From positions 17,422,001 to 17,486,000 of the forward strand of contig NC_086106.1 in NCBI RefSeq assembly GCF_963921235.1: DNA of 64,000 nucleotides, written 5' to 3'. Each line of letters opens with the position of its first letter. The first letter of the stretch is position 1. Below the pieces are notes generated by a model that saw only the letters and a program-made list of their open reading frames with translations, searched no databases and was not told the DNA's origin. Positions 34,195-45,627 of this stretch are shown here, piece by piece. The position numbers were made by a program, and so were the translations under genes. The stretch comes from Mobula hypostoma. Lineage: Eukaryota.

Positions 34195-34700
34195 ACCCAT
34201 CAATCATCGGGGCTTGGTTACGCCCCTCGGCCGTCCCATTAGTTGGAGGACAAACAAAGGGCTGAGTCCTCCAGCGACTCACAGTGGTCAATTCCACTGT
34301 CAATCATGAGCCGCGCTCACGTCAGGATGCGGGGCGGGCGCAGTGGTCACGTGGGAAACCGGTTTGGCCAACGGGCGGCTGCGGCGCCCGCTCCCGGTTG
34401 CGCGGTCGGTGATTCTCCCCGCCCCTCCACCGGTACCCATTGCCAGTTCCCGCCGGTTGTTGTTGTGGGTGTTTTGCAGCCGGCGGTGCCCACCGCGTCG
34501 GTGCCAGGGCGAGCTGGCCCCGTACAGTAGAGCATGCGCAGTGTGTTCGGTAGGTCCTAAATCGCGTGGGGCGGAGGGCGCTGCTGATTAGATAGAGCTG
34601 TTTTTAGCGCGTGGGGGTTTGTGGGAAAAGTGATGGCCATCCTCAGTCAGCGGAAGAGCTAAACCCACGGTTGTCAGGATTTCTGCGGATTAAATTTTGC
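34195..34700 (+). promoter_or_regulatory. Promoter module, unit D
   Basis: GGGGCGGGCG, GGTCACGTG, GGCCAACGGGC, GAGCATGCGCAGT, candidate donor CG|GTAGGT (34550), GCTGATTAGATAGAGC and TTGTGGGAAAA. Confidence 0.78.
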
Positions 34701-34744
34701 TAACTTCTCGAGTAGTTTAATTTGAGATCATTAAGTTATTTTAG

Positions 34745-35464
34745 CAATTTAAAGTGGTCCATAGGGCCCTCTTGACGTTGTCTCGCTTTTATTTGAATAT
34801 ATCTCCTTATTGTGATAAATGTAATGATGAAGCTTCACTCATTCATATGTTTTGGACATGTCGGAGTCTTGGCAAATATTGGAAAGAAGTATTTCAAACC
34901 TTCTCGGTACTTTTAAAAGTAAATTTTAAGCCTAATCCTTTGACCACTTTATTCAGTATTGTTGGAGGAAAGGATACTATTTTGGAGAAATCTGATTTGT
35001 ACATTTTGGATTTTATTTCTCTTGTGGCTAGGAGGGCACTCTTGCTTAAATAGAAAGATGTGGTGTTCAATGGCTGCGGGATGTGATGGCATGTTTAAAT
35101 TTAGAGAAGATTCGGTATTCAATTTCTGAATCTAATCAAGACTTTCAAACATTGTGGGGACTTTTTTTGAACTACTTTCAAAACCTTTGATTTGCCATTA
35201 AAGCACAGATGGTGGCTAATAATATACTTTTTTTCCCCCTTTTTCTTCTTTACCAATCAGCTTCAGTCTTGGTAGTGGATTAGATTTTTTCCCCATATAA
35301 TAAATTTACGGTATTTCAATATTATGAATTAATCAATTTGTATGAATACAGTATAGAGTAAGGAGTTTGTATGTGCGATTCAGTATAATGTATTTGATAT
35401 ATTTCTTTTTTCTTGAACTCTGTATTCTATGTAGAAAATTAATAAAAATATTGAAAAAAAAGAA
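34745..35464 (+). mobile_element. 5'-truncated L1 LINE in the unit D 5'-UTR intron
   Basis: CDKC...HMFWTC zinc knuckle of the L1 ORF2 end; AATAAA plus an A-tail; 12-bp TSD AAGTTATTTTAG (34733 and 35465). Confidence 0.85.
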
Positions 35465-35789
35465 AAGTTATTTTAGTGTCTCTGTTAAATCTCTCATCCA
35501 TTTTAACTGTCGCAGCCATTGAGCAGAGGGCATATATATAGTATTCATTGGCCTTCAAGGAAGCTGGGCAGGAAAATAACTCCATGGTTTTGGGAGTTGG
35601 ACCCCTTTATAAAGTGATGTTAGGTGTGACCTCTACACAGTGGTTCAGATTCCTCTGAAATTAATGTAAAAGAGTGTGTATGCATGCCATCCAGATAGAT
35701 CATATCATACCTAATGTGGTAAAACAGATTTTTGAACTACAGTTTCAGAGGAAGGCTATAACATTTATTGCTGTGAACCTATCGTTTAG

Positions 35790-35813
35790 AAATCTCTTTT
35801 TGTTTTGTTTCAG
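35790..35813 (+). other. Splice acceptor for the unit D coding exon
   Basis: Polypyrimidine tract plus TTTCAG, homologous to the acceptors at 47520, 63449 and 9754. Confidence 0.65.
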
Positions 35814-35965
35814 CTATCTGGAATTGTATGTCCCTCTCCACAGCAGCAAATTGCGGAGCTTAAGTAGTTCGACGAGGCAGAGAAAGTTAATGAGAAGTAT
35901 TCGCACCAGGCTGTTGCAGAGTGAGGTGAGAGTGCCAGGGTTTAACTGACAGTGCCCATTGCAGG

Positions 35966-36976
35966 ATGGAAGGAAAGCCCAGTGACATCCCTGTGGAGGC
36001 ACCTGCTTCCGAGGGTGGTGAGGGCGTGCGGAGCAGCAGACGTGACCTGGAGGGCCTGTTGTCCTGCGCGCTGTGCGGGAAGGTGTTTGCCTACCAGTCC
36101 TTGCTGCGCCGGCACCTGCAAGCCCACACTGAGAACCGGCCCTTCAGCTGCGAGGTCTGCAGCAAGACCTACAAGAGCGACCAAGACCTCTCGCAGCACC
36201 GGCGGATCCACACCAGGGAGAGGAGCGCCAGGTGCCCCGAGTGCGGCAAGGCCTTCGTCCGCTTCTCGCACTTGGAGGCGCACCTGCGCACCCACACCGG
36301 CGAGCGGCCCTTCTCCTGCCCCGACTGCGGCAAGGCCTTCCAGCAGTCCTCGAACCTGCAGAGGCACCAACGCACCCACACCCGCGAGCGACCGTTCTCC
36401 TGCCCCGACTGCGGCAAGGCCTTCCACCAGTCCTCGAACCTGCAGAGGCACCGGCGCAAACACAGCTGCCAGCAGCCCTTCTCCTGCCCCGACTGCGGCA
36501 AGGCCTTTGGCCGCTACTCGCACCTACAGGGGCACCGGTGCGCCCACACCTGCGAGCGGCCCTTCTCCTGCCCCGACTGTGGCAAGGCCTTCGTCCAGTC
36601 TGCCCACCTCGTGGAGCACCGGAGAGTTCACACCGGGGAGAAGCCCTTCGTCTGCCCGGTCTGTGGGAAGTGCTTCGCCCGGTCGTCACAGCTCCACGTC
36701 CACCGGCGGACCCACACGGGGGAGAGGCCCTACGCCTGCCCTGACTGCGGGAAGAGGTTCAGCACGACTTCAATCTTGCTGAAACACCGGCAGGTCCACA
36801 GCGAGGAGCGGCCCTTCCCCTGCCCCGACTGCGGCAAGGCCTTCAAGAGCCCCGTGCACCTGAAGCAGCACCACGTGATCCACGCCGGGGAGAGACCCTT
36901 CTCCTGCACCGTCTGCGGGAGGTGCTTCACTTGGTCGTGGCAACTGCGGAACCACCGGCGGACGCACGCGGAGTAG
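35966..36976 (+). CDS. C2H2 zinc-finger protein, 336 aa, 11 fingers (unit D)
   Basis: Intact ORF with 11 C2H2 repeats; AGGATGG start context; in-frame upstream stop. Confidence 0.93.
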   Translation: MEGKPSDIPVEAPASEGGEGVRSSRRDLEGLLSCALCGKVFAYQSLLRRHLQAHTENRPFSCEVCSKTYKSDQDLSQHRRIHTRERSARCPECGKAFVRFSHLEAHLRTHTGERPFSCPDCGKAFQQSSNLQRHQRTHTRERPFSCPDCGKAFHQSSNLQRHRRKHSCQQPFSCPDCGKAFGRYSHLQGHRCAHTCERPFSCPDCGKAFVQSAHLVEHRRVHTGEKPFVCPVCGKCFARSSQLHVHRRTHTGERPYACPDCGKRFSTTSILLKHRQVHSEERPFPCPDCGKAFKSPVHLKQHHVIHAGERPFSCTVCGRCFTWSWQLRNHRRTHAE

Positions 36977-37120
36977 AGAAGCTACACGTGTCCCGGCGGG
37001 GGAGGTGGGGGTGGGGACTTCACTTGGTCCTGCCATCTCCTGCCACGGCAGTCGACTCACCCTGCCATCCTTCCCTCGGGCACTGTCTGTATCCATGTGG
37101 GAGTGTGCCTGTGTGTCTGT

Positions 37121-37122
<2 letters not shown>

Positions 37123-37175
<53 letters not shown>
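37123..37175 (+). repeat. (TG)n microsatellite
   Basis: Uninterrupted GT run of about 50 bp. Confidence 0.95.
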
Positions 37176-37176
<1 letters not shown>

Positions 37177-37304
37177 TGTCCCCGCAGACCTGTGGGTTTC
37201 CTCCTGGTTGCTCTAGTTTTCTCCAGCATTCCACAGAGGTAAATCATTCCCCCAGTGTGTCGGATATGTTGTGTATTTAACATCTCAGTAGCATTTGATC
37301 GAGG

Positions 37305-37790
37305 CCTCGTTGACCTGGTATTGCATCCTCGCTGTCTAGATACGCAAAGGCTGGGCAGTACCATATGGAGAGTGAGCTGTTGTCCATGTAGTAAGCTCCC
37401 CCCCCCCCACGCATCTGATGAATCTAAAGGCAGAGACCGATACAGTTTGGCACCAGCGGCGTCGCAGGAGTTGCCAGTCGGCATTGAACTCAACGTGGGA
37501 CTGCCTCAGGGACTCCAGCTCTGGATTTTTCCCTCGGGGTTCACCCCTGAGGCCTTCCCCATGAGTGGGTATAACCGCAAGGCAGCAGAGGTTTGAGATC
37601 AGAGTTTTCCTTCTCCTAGATGAGCTGCCAACCACGACTGACGAGCCCCATCTACCGAAGTGACTGGTGTTAGGAGCTAGTAACTCACCTTTGCTCCTTC
37701 TCCTGTCAGTAGAAACCGTTCCGCTGGGCTTGGTGGCTAAGCCACACGTGAAGGCCGGGAGCTGGACTATTTGAGGTGGACGCCATTGGG
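37305..37790 (-). mobile_element. Probable RTE-clade 5'-region-derived repeat
   Basis: CCTTCTCCTAGATGAGCTGCC motif resembles RTE 5' regions; absent from the equivalent position in unit E. Confidence 0.4.
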
Positions 37791-37799
37791 AGTATTTGA

Positions 37800-38000
37800 T
37801 AGGTGGTGGGATATTTGCTTGATTAAGAATTCTCTGTTTAAATAATTCATTACGGTTCCTATGTGAAAGTAAGTGAATTGGATACATCATGTTGCTGCCA
37901 AGTGACACCTGTGCCCTCACTTAAAGTAAAATGTGACTTTAGACTCGGCTTCCCGACTCCGTCTCTTTCTTCCAGTTAGATTTTCGTTTTGGAGTTTGGG
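37800..38000 (+). mobile_element. LTR remnant shared with 50582-50795
   Basis: Alignable to 50600-50790 (e.g. TTAGAC.CGGCTTCCCG.CTCCGTCTCTTTCTT). Confidence 0.6.
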
Positions 38001-38424
38001 AAGAAGTCAGTGTAGGGCAAGAATCTGGGGTTGGGGGAGACGAACGCGACGTGACGCGGCTGAAAGTTAGTTTCTCGAGGCAGCCGTGTGTGTCTGGCAG
38101 CGAGGAGAGTGAGGTGGGATCCGTATTGATGCGTTTGGTGGTCACGCGGTATTGTGCCAATGTACAATCTCTCCTGCCGACGCTATGTCCGTATCCCTCT
38201 GTTCCACGCGTATTCATGGTGCCCGTCTGAGGACATCTTTAACCTCTCCTGACTCCTGACACTCAGTGTTAAAAAAACATCAAAACTTTTCCCTGCGCAT
38301 CTCCTTCGGACTTATCCCCTCTCACCGAAACTCCGCAGCCCCGCACTCAGACATTCTCATCCTGTGAAAACTGAAACACCGGCTGTCTAGATCTCTCATA
38401 ATCTCATAACCTTCTATCAGGTCT

Positions 38425-39150
38425 GAAACACAAGAGATTCTGCAGATGTTGAAACCCAGAGCAACACACACAAAATGCTGCAGGAGCTGTGCAGGTCGGG
38501 CAGCTTCTATGGAAAATGTTTCAACGCTTCAGGCCGAGAACTTCCTTCAGGGCTGAAACGGAGTAAAATACTGCGGGGAGGGCAAGGTGATAGTTCAGGA
38601 AAGGTGAAGGGCTGGAGGAGGAGGATTCTGGTGGGGGAGGAGAGTGGACTATGGGAGAAAGGGAGGAAAGAGAGGCTCTAAGGGAGGAGATGGGCAGGAG
38701 GGATAAGACGCCGGAGTGGGGAATGGAAGGAGGAGGGCAAAAAAAAAAGACCGGAAACAAATTAATACTGGTGCCATCAGGTTGGAGGCTACCAAGGCGG
38801 AATATGAGGTGTTGCTCTCCGACCTGAGGGTGGCTTCGTCCTGGCAGAGGTGAGGCCGTGGACCAACATGTCAGAACGGGAACGGGGATGAGAATTACAG
38901 TGGCTGTAATTTCTGTTTTGGCGGGTGGAGCAGAGGTGCTTGACAAAGCAGCCCCCCCCCCCACCCCCAGTTTACTTCAGGGCTCACCAGTGCAGAGGAG
39001 GGCAGATCAGGAGCACTGGACACAATAGACAACCCCAGCTGATTCGCAGGTGAAGTGTTGCCTCGCCTGGAAGGACCGTCAGGGGTCCCTGAATGGAGGA
39101 GAGGGAGGATCATTTCTCCTGGTTGTGGGGATACGACCCAGGGGTCTCCC
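38425..39150 (-). mobile_element. Old Penelope-like remnant
   Basis: EQHLIFRLGSLQPDG on the minus strand; decayed hammerhead at ~38520-38552. Confidence 0.7.
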
Positions 39151-39384
39151 CTCGGTCTCTGCGGCTCCGGAGAAAGCAACACATTTGTCCACCGTCAAGC
39201 AGTATCCTGGTGAACTTCTACAAAACCCCTACAACCTCCATGTCCAGGGTAAAAAAACTACAATCCCTGGAGTGTTTTCTCAATGTTCGTTATTAAAAAG
39301 TTAAGTAAGTCACGCAAAAATGTAGAGAGGTAGTGTTCACGAGTTCAATGTTCATTCAGAAACCTCTCAACCACTTTGCTCAGC

Positions 39385-40222
39385 AGAGAAAATCTCTAAA
39401 TCACTCAACCTTCCCTCAATGAAAATCTCTAAATCACTCAACCTTCCCTCAATGAAAATCTCTAAATCACTCAACCTTCCCTCAGAGAAAATCTCTAAAT
39501 CACTCAACCTTCCCTCAGAGAAAATCACTATATTACTCAAATTTCCCTCAGGGAAAAGCCTTAAATCACTCATCATTCCTTCTTTTGCAATCTTTTTATT
39601 AATTTCATAGAATGAAAACATAACAAAGCAAAAATACTAGTAGGAGATACATTGTTACATTTAAAATAAGTAATTGTAAAACCAAATAGTAAAAATTAAC
39701 AAAGCTCTCAATCGTGCAGAATAATAATGAATAATACAAAGCAAAAAAAAAACTGAAGAAAAATCATGAAAAAGAAAAGAAAAAGAAAAAAAAACAAACC
39801 CCATCCCCCCAAAAAACTAAACTAAACAGAATTAGTCAACTAAACTAAAAGACTTGGGCAATACTAACAACATGAAAATGGGAAAGAAGAAAACCTTAGT
39901 GTCGACGACTCCATTCCTCTCAACCAACAGTACAGAGAAATAAAACAAGTTTGGAAATGGTCAAATTACATCAGATGAAAATGCTGAATGAACGGCCTCC
40001 AAGTTTTTTCAAATCTAATGGAAGGATCATAAACCACACTTCTGATTTTTTCCAAATTCAAACACACCATAGTTTGTGAAAACCAATGGAACACCGTAGG
40101 AGGGTTAATCTCTTTCCAATTCAGCAAAATTGATCTTCTAATCACTCATCATTTCTTCAGAGAAAATCCCTAAATCACTCAACATTTCCTCAGAGAAAAT
40201 CCCTGAATCACTCAACCTTTTT
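39385..40222. repeat. 33-bp minisatellite (about 9 units) interrupted by an L1
   Basis: Unit AGAGAAAATCTCTAAATCACTCAACCTTCCCTC, about 6 copies at 39385-39577 and about 3 at 40140-40222. Confidence 0.9.
39578..40139 (-). mobile_element. L1-like 3' fragment
   Basis: T-rich end on the left; 14-bp TSD AATCACTCATCATT (39564 and 40140). Confidence 0.7.
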
Positions 40223-40224
40223 TC

Positions 40225-40720
40225 ATTAGTCATGCTGTCTAATCCAAGCAGCATGCTGGTGAATCTCCTCTGCTCTCTCTAATATTTACATATCCTTCCC
40301 ATAATGAGGTGAGCAGAAGTGAACACAATACACTCAGTGTGGTCAAACTGGACATTTATGGAGCTACAACATACTTTGTGGCTCCTCAGTTCCTCAACTA
40401 GTGACCTGCACACCATGCACCCTGCTAACATTTCGCTGCAACTTTGAGGCATCTATGGACATGGTCCCCAAGATCACTCTGTATCTGCACGCTGCTAAGA
40501 ATCCTGGCATTAACCCTGTACCCGCCCTTAAATATTCCAAAATGTTTCACCTGACACTTTTCCAGATCAAACTGCATTTGCCACTTCTCAGCCCACTTCT
40601 GCAACCTGTCAATGTCCCATTGGAACATATGATAACCTTCGTGTTACCAACAAACTTACCAACTCACCCTTCCACTTCCTTATCCAAGTCATTTATAAAA
40701 ATCACAATCAGGTCCTAGAG
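40225..40720 (-). mobile_element. CR1 RT fragment
   Basis: DIDRLQKWAEKWQMQFDLEKCQVKHFG. Confidence 0.8.
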
Positions 40721-40788
40721 CAGAGTTATTGGGGAGAGTTAATTACTGACAACAAATCCAGGGAGAACCTACCTCCACATGTTCACAA

Positions 40789-41131
40789 CACACTCCGGAG
40801 GTCAGACTTGGTGAAGTTTCCTGCACACCCTCTGATCACACACTCACTGGGTCAGACAGACTGAAACTCCCTCCACGTTGTTCCATCACACACTCCCAGG
40901 GTCAGACACAGAGTGAAACTCCCTCCACACCATCCCATCACACACTCCCAGGGTCAGACAGACTGAAACTCCCTCCACACTGTCCCATCACACACTCCCA
41001 GGGTCAGACACAGAGTGAAACTCCCTCCACCCCATCCCATCACACACTCCCGGGGTCAGACACAGAGTGAAACTCCCTCCACATCGTCCCATCACACACT
41101 CCCGGGGTCAGACACAGAGTGAAGCTCCCTG
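40789..41131. repeat. ~52-bp tandem repeat, about 7 units
   Basis: Unit CACACTCCCAGGGTCAGACACAGAGTGAAACTCCCTCCACACCATCCCATCA. Confidence 0.9.
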
Positions 41132-41259
41132 ATCTGTGTATTCGAGGTACTAAACTCTAGGTGAAAATTTTACTCACATATTCCCCCCCAAATCCTCCTA
41201 TGCATCCCTACCTTAAATATATGACCCCCCCCCATACAGTCTACCCAGTCTCTGCGTAT

Positions 41260-41960
41260 GACTCAGAGACACAAAGCTGTTGACGTGTCAGAGAAGCTGA
41301 GCTTTGCTTTTGTTGGATTCACTCCGCAGGTCAGGCAGCATCTACGGAGAAAGATAAACAGCCGATGTTTCGTGCTGAAACCCTTCATCGGGACGGGAAA
41401 GGAAAGAGGCAGAATGTGGGGAAGGGGGAGGTTGTATGTTGGTGGGTGGAGAGGGAATGATGTGAGAAATTGGGAGGTAATCGACGGAAGAGGTGAAGGA
41501 CAAGAGAAGAAGGAATGATTGGAATCGACAGTGGAGAACGGCGGGAACCTGAGGGAGGCAATGGACATGTCATGAGGGTGGGGGAGAAGTGTAGGGGTGA
41601 GAGGGCCACCAGCATGCTAAAATAACACATCCTCCCTCAGTGCCATTCAGACCCCCAAGTACGCTGTGAGAGGGAGACATCATTTCACCTGCGAAACTCT
41701 CAGGATTATCCACCGTGCTCCCGGTGAGCCGCCTCTGCATCGGTGAGACCTGACGAAGGTTAGGGAGCAGCTTCAGTGTGTCTGTTGAAAATCCGGGATT
41801 TTCCGGTGGGCACCCATTCCAATTCAACTTCCCACTCCCATACAAAGTTCTCTCTCCACATCCTCTTACAATGCCACGATGAAGCCAATCTCAGGTTGGA
41901 GGTCAACACCTCTTACTCCATCTGGGTAGCCTCCAACCTGATGGTATGAACATCAATAGC
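41260..41960. mobile_element. Old Penelope-like remnants in both orientations
   Basis: Minus-strand pLTR at 41260-41610; plus-strand GIY-YIG remnant at 41620-41957 ending LGSLQPDGMNI. Confidence 0.65.
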
Positions 41961-41961
41961 T

Positions 41962-42352
41962 GTTACTTGCTGCCCGTATGCCGCTGGTGTTTAGGGCAGC
42001 AATGAGAAGGTCCTCCATCTCTGACGGCTTTCAGGACTTCCTTCGTTGCGTCAGTAGCTTCCTTTGTCAGTCCTGCAAGTCCCGGGTGGAGACTCTGGAA
42101 TACTGTCTCACTCAGATGTAGAAGGATTCTTCATTGATGTTTCCTTAACAATTTTGTTTGACCGGTCAGGATTGTTAGCCCTGAGCCTGGAGAACCACCC
42201 TTAGTCTGTACTCTACCCTTTGACCTGTTTGGCATGGGCGACCCTACCTAGAGCCAAAGCAAAAGGCCCTGACTCCAGCCAACATAGCACTTAGGGCCAT
42301 TGAAGCAGGCAAGCCTCCAAACCCTACGACAAGCTAGTGGTCTACTTGGATG
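41962..42352 (-). mobile_element. Probable internally deleted RTE element
   Basis: Reverse strand TTGTCGTAGG...GGTAGGGTCGCCCATGCCAAACAGGTCAAAGG resembles RTE 5' UTRs. Confidence 0.45.
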
Positions 42353-42699
42353 ATCTATATCTCTAACTTCTCGTAATTTCTTCCCCACCCTAAACAGCTA
42401 TATTTCTTTCTCTTTCACCCCCCACCTCACATTTTCCATTCCCCAGAAGGTTACTCGCTCACCCTCTTCTCACCTCGTCTCCATCCTCATGACCATCGTC
42501 CATGATAGCACTGGTGACATATAGCAACGTTTTGCAGGCCGCACACAAAACTTCTAGATAAACCGCTTCTGAACTACTATCACTGCAATGTTCAGCCTGT
42601 ATTTTCCTTTTAAGTAATGTATTTTTAAATCAGCATAACAAAATAGTGATCTTACAATCTTCTTAAGGACTTGGTGGTCTTAACTCTCAAGATGCAGGT

Positions 42700-43410
42700 A
42701 CAGCACCTTTAAGCAGACAAAGGTACATCGACATGCTGGAAGTGAGGGAGGAGGAGTAAAGCTTCCTTTACCCGGTATTTTGTCAGCAAATGTACTGTGC
42801 AGTCTCTGGAGAACAAGACTGAGGACTTTGGGGCAAGATTGCTGTATCAGAGCGAAATAAGGGATTGCTGCATCCTCTGTTTCATGGAGACGTGGCTGAC
42901 CTCATATTTTCCAGATAGCGTCACTAAGACCCTAAGGCTTCTCAATACACCAGATAAACCAGACTGTTGACTTGAAGAGACAAAAGATAGCAGTCAGGGT
43001 TTATGATTAACACTTACCAAAAGCATTCTCCAAAATCCTGACCACAGTTTGCATACCAAAGGGCATGCACTCAAGGGATAGATTACAGCAAACAGCCTGC
43101 CCTGGCACCTTCCAAATTATTGCTGGGGACTTCAATCAGGCTTGCTTGAATAAATCTCCAGCCAATCATCTTCAACATATCGCCTGCAGTACCAGGGGCC
43201 CCAAAACACTCGACCACTGCTGTACAACCAGGAAATCTGATCTTCCATCTGTCCTCCCCCGACCCGCACACGGGCAGAGGTTAAAGATCAAAAGGCTCTG
43301 AAAGTAGATGCAATGAGGAGGTGGTCACGGGAGGCAGGGAATTGGCTGCACGACTGCTTCCAGTCAGTGAACTGGGCCACATTTAAGAACTTGTCAGTGG
43401 ATCTGAATGA
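42700..43410 (+). mobile_element. Rex1/Babar endonuclease remnant
   Basis: CFMETWL, IIAGDFNQACL, TRGPKTLDHC and LHDCFQSVNW. Confidence 0.75.
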
Positions 43411-43981
43411 AAATCGCAGAAAGTCTCTCTTTGTTTTTGTTCATCTCTGCCACGTCTCCCCTCTGTCTCCTCCTCTCCAGGGAAAACAGTTCCAGCTCTT
43501 CCTCCCTCTCCCTCGCAGGGAAAGCCCTCCATTCCCAGCAACATCCTCGGGGATTTTTTCCTGTATCCTCCAGCTTAATCACGTGCTCAGAATCAGAATC
43601 AGGTTTATTATCACTGGCGTGTGTCGTGAACTTTGTTAACTTAGCAGCAGCAGTTCAATGCAATACATAATATAGAAGTAAAAAATAAAATGATAATAAT
43701 AAAGTAAATCAATTATAGTATCTGTGAATTGAAAAGATAAAAATCATGCAAAAACAGAAATAATATATATTAAAAAGTGATGTAGTGTTCATGGGTTCAA
43801 TGTCCATTTAGGAGTCGGATGGCAGAGGGGAAGAAGCTGTTCCTGAATCGCTGAGTGTGTGCCTTCAGGCTTCTGTACCTCCTACCTGATGGTAACATGA
43901 GAAAAGGACAGTGATGCAGCATGTCAGAATGCTCTCCACAGTACAACTATAGAAGTTTTTGAGTGTATTTTTTGACAATGA

Positions 43982-44245
43982 CCAGGCCGGTGGCGTAGTG
44001 GCATCAGCGCTGGACTGCGGGGCGGGAGGTCCTGGGTTCGAATCCAGCCAGATCCCCTGCATGCCTTTCATCCGTGCTGGGTTACGAGCTGGTGATCTCT
44101 TTGGAAAAAAAACTCACCCAGCATAAGGCAATGGCAAACCACTGCTGTATCTTGCCTCGTACGCGATTTCCCACTACATCAGAGTGGCGTGGGAGGAAAT
44201 TTTTCACTAACCGGAGAAATTCCAGATGCAATGTACCTTTCCTTT
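43982..44245 (+). mobile_element. tRNA-derived SINE
   Basis: A box TGGCGTAGTGG, B box GGTTCGAATCC, internal GGCAATGGCAAACCAC. Confidence 0.72.
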
Positions 44246-44674
44246 TTTGACAGTCCTTCCAATGGCTTGAGATGAGAACTGCACACAGTACTGCAATTGC
44301 AGCCTCACCCACGTCTTTTACAGTTGTAGAGCTCAGAGAAATTGGGAGTGGGGGGGGGCAAAAGTGTACGCAACATTCCCCCCTCCCCGGTGACCACCTT
44401 CACGTGTGGCTGCTTCAGGCTGTGTGTGAATCCAAATTACAGTAACGTCACAGGCATTGAAAAACTTACCTGCAGCAGCATCACCAGCATCTAACAGCAG
44501 ACATGCAGCGTTCACAAGGAAAACAGACTAAACTTGTTTTTTTTACAAGAAAGAATTCAATTAGCATAAAAAAATTAAAGTCCATTGTAATGCAAAGTGG
44601 ACACAGTGTTACTGTAACACACATAAAAGTTGCTGGTGAACACAGCAGGCAGGCAGCATCTCTAGGAAGAGGTA

Positions 44675-44715
44675 CAGTCGACGTTTCGGGCCCAGACCCT
44701 TCGTCAGGACTAACT
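44675..44715 (-). ncRNA. Minimal type-I hammerhead ribozyme, intact core
   Basis: Reverse strand reads AGTTAGTC CTGACGA A GGGT-CTGG-GCCC GAAA CG TC GACTG. Confidence 0.8.
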
Positions 44716-44750
44716 GAAAGAAGAGCTAGTAAGAGACTTGAAAGTTGGAG

Positions 44751-44790
44751 ATAGTCCTGACGAAGGGTCTCGGCCCGAAACATCAACTGT
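44751..44790 (+). ncRNA. Hammerhead motif with CpG-decayed stems I and III
   Basis: TAGTC CTGACGA A GGGT-CTCG-GCCC GAAA CA TC AACTG. Confidence 0.6.
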
Positions 44791-45111
44791 ACCTCTTCCT
44801 AGAGATGCTGCCTGGCCTGCTACGTTCACCAGCAGCTTTGATGTGTGTAGCTTGAATTTCCAGCATCTGCAGAATTCCTCGTGTTTGGGCCTATTGCCGG
44901 CCTCAGCTTTCTAACACACAGCATGACCTTTCCAAAGGGTCAGAGTTGTTTGTAGCAAAGTTAAACCTCTAACAAATGCTCAGCTCCTTGTTGTGAACAA
45001 GATCCAGTCTTCAATTCTTGATGTAAATTGTAAACAGTAATTAGTTTTAAGTTAAAAGCACAGCTTTGCAAACATCGAAAATAGCTGCAGGAGTAGGCCA
45101 TTTGGCCCTTC

Positions 45112-45627
45112 ATTAGTCATAGTCATACTTTATTGATCCCGGGGGAAATTGGTTTTCGCTACAGTTGCACCATAAATAATAAATAGTAATAAAACCATAA
45201 ATAGTTAAATAGTAATATGTAAATAGTGCCAGGAAATAAGTCCAGGACCAGACTATTGGCTCAGGGTGTCTGACCCTCCAAGGGAGGAGTTGTCAAGTTT
45301 GATGGCCACAGGCAGGAATGACTTCCTATGACGCTCTGTGCTGCATCTCGGTGGAATGAGTCTCTGGCTGAATGTACTCCTGTGCCCAACCAGTCCATTA
45401 TGTAGTGGATTGGAGACATTGTCCAAGATGGCATGCAACTTGGACAGCATCCTCTTTTCAGACACCACCGTCAGAGAGTCCAGTTCCATCCCCACAACAT
45501 CACTGGCCTTACGGATGAGTTTGTTGATTTTGTTGGTATCTGCTACCCTCAGCCTGCTGCCCCAGCACACAACAGCAAACATGATTGCACTGGCCACCAC
45601 AGACTCGTAGAACATCCTCAGCATCAT
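45112..45627 (-). mobile_element. Rex1/Babar-like LINE 3' end
   Basis: MFYESVVASAIMFAVVCWG...NPLH...RKSFLPVAIKL, ending in a GACTAT-type tail. Confidence 0.8.

Larger units (their letters stand above)
44617..44887. mobile_element. Fold-back Penelope-derived element with two opposed hammerhead motifs
   Basis: 44617-44712 is the reverse complement of 44752-44848. Confidence 0.85.

Noticed and set aside
35814-35965. Hidden KRAB-like or other spliced effector domain upstream of the fingers
   Set aside because: In-frame stops lie between acceptor and ATG in all four coding paralogs, and no KRAB-like translation was seen.
39367-39621. ORF with EGRLSDLEIFS repeats
   Set aside because: Translation of a 33-bp minisatellite interrupted by an L1.
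43982-44055. Possible tRNA genes (also the SINE heads near 25790-25860, 54010-54085, 58240-58310)
   Set aside because: A and B boxes are present, but I could not build a convincing cloverleaf and they continue into SINE bodies.
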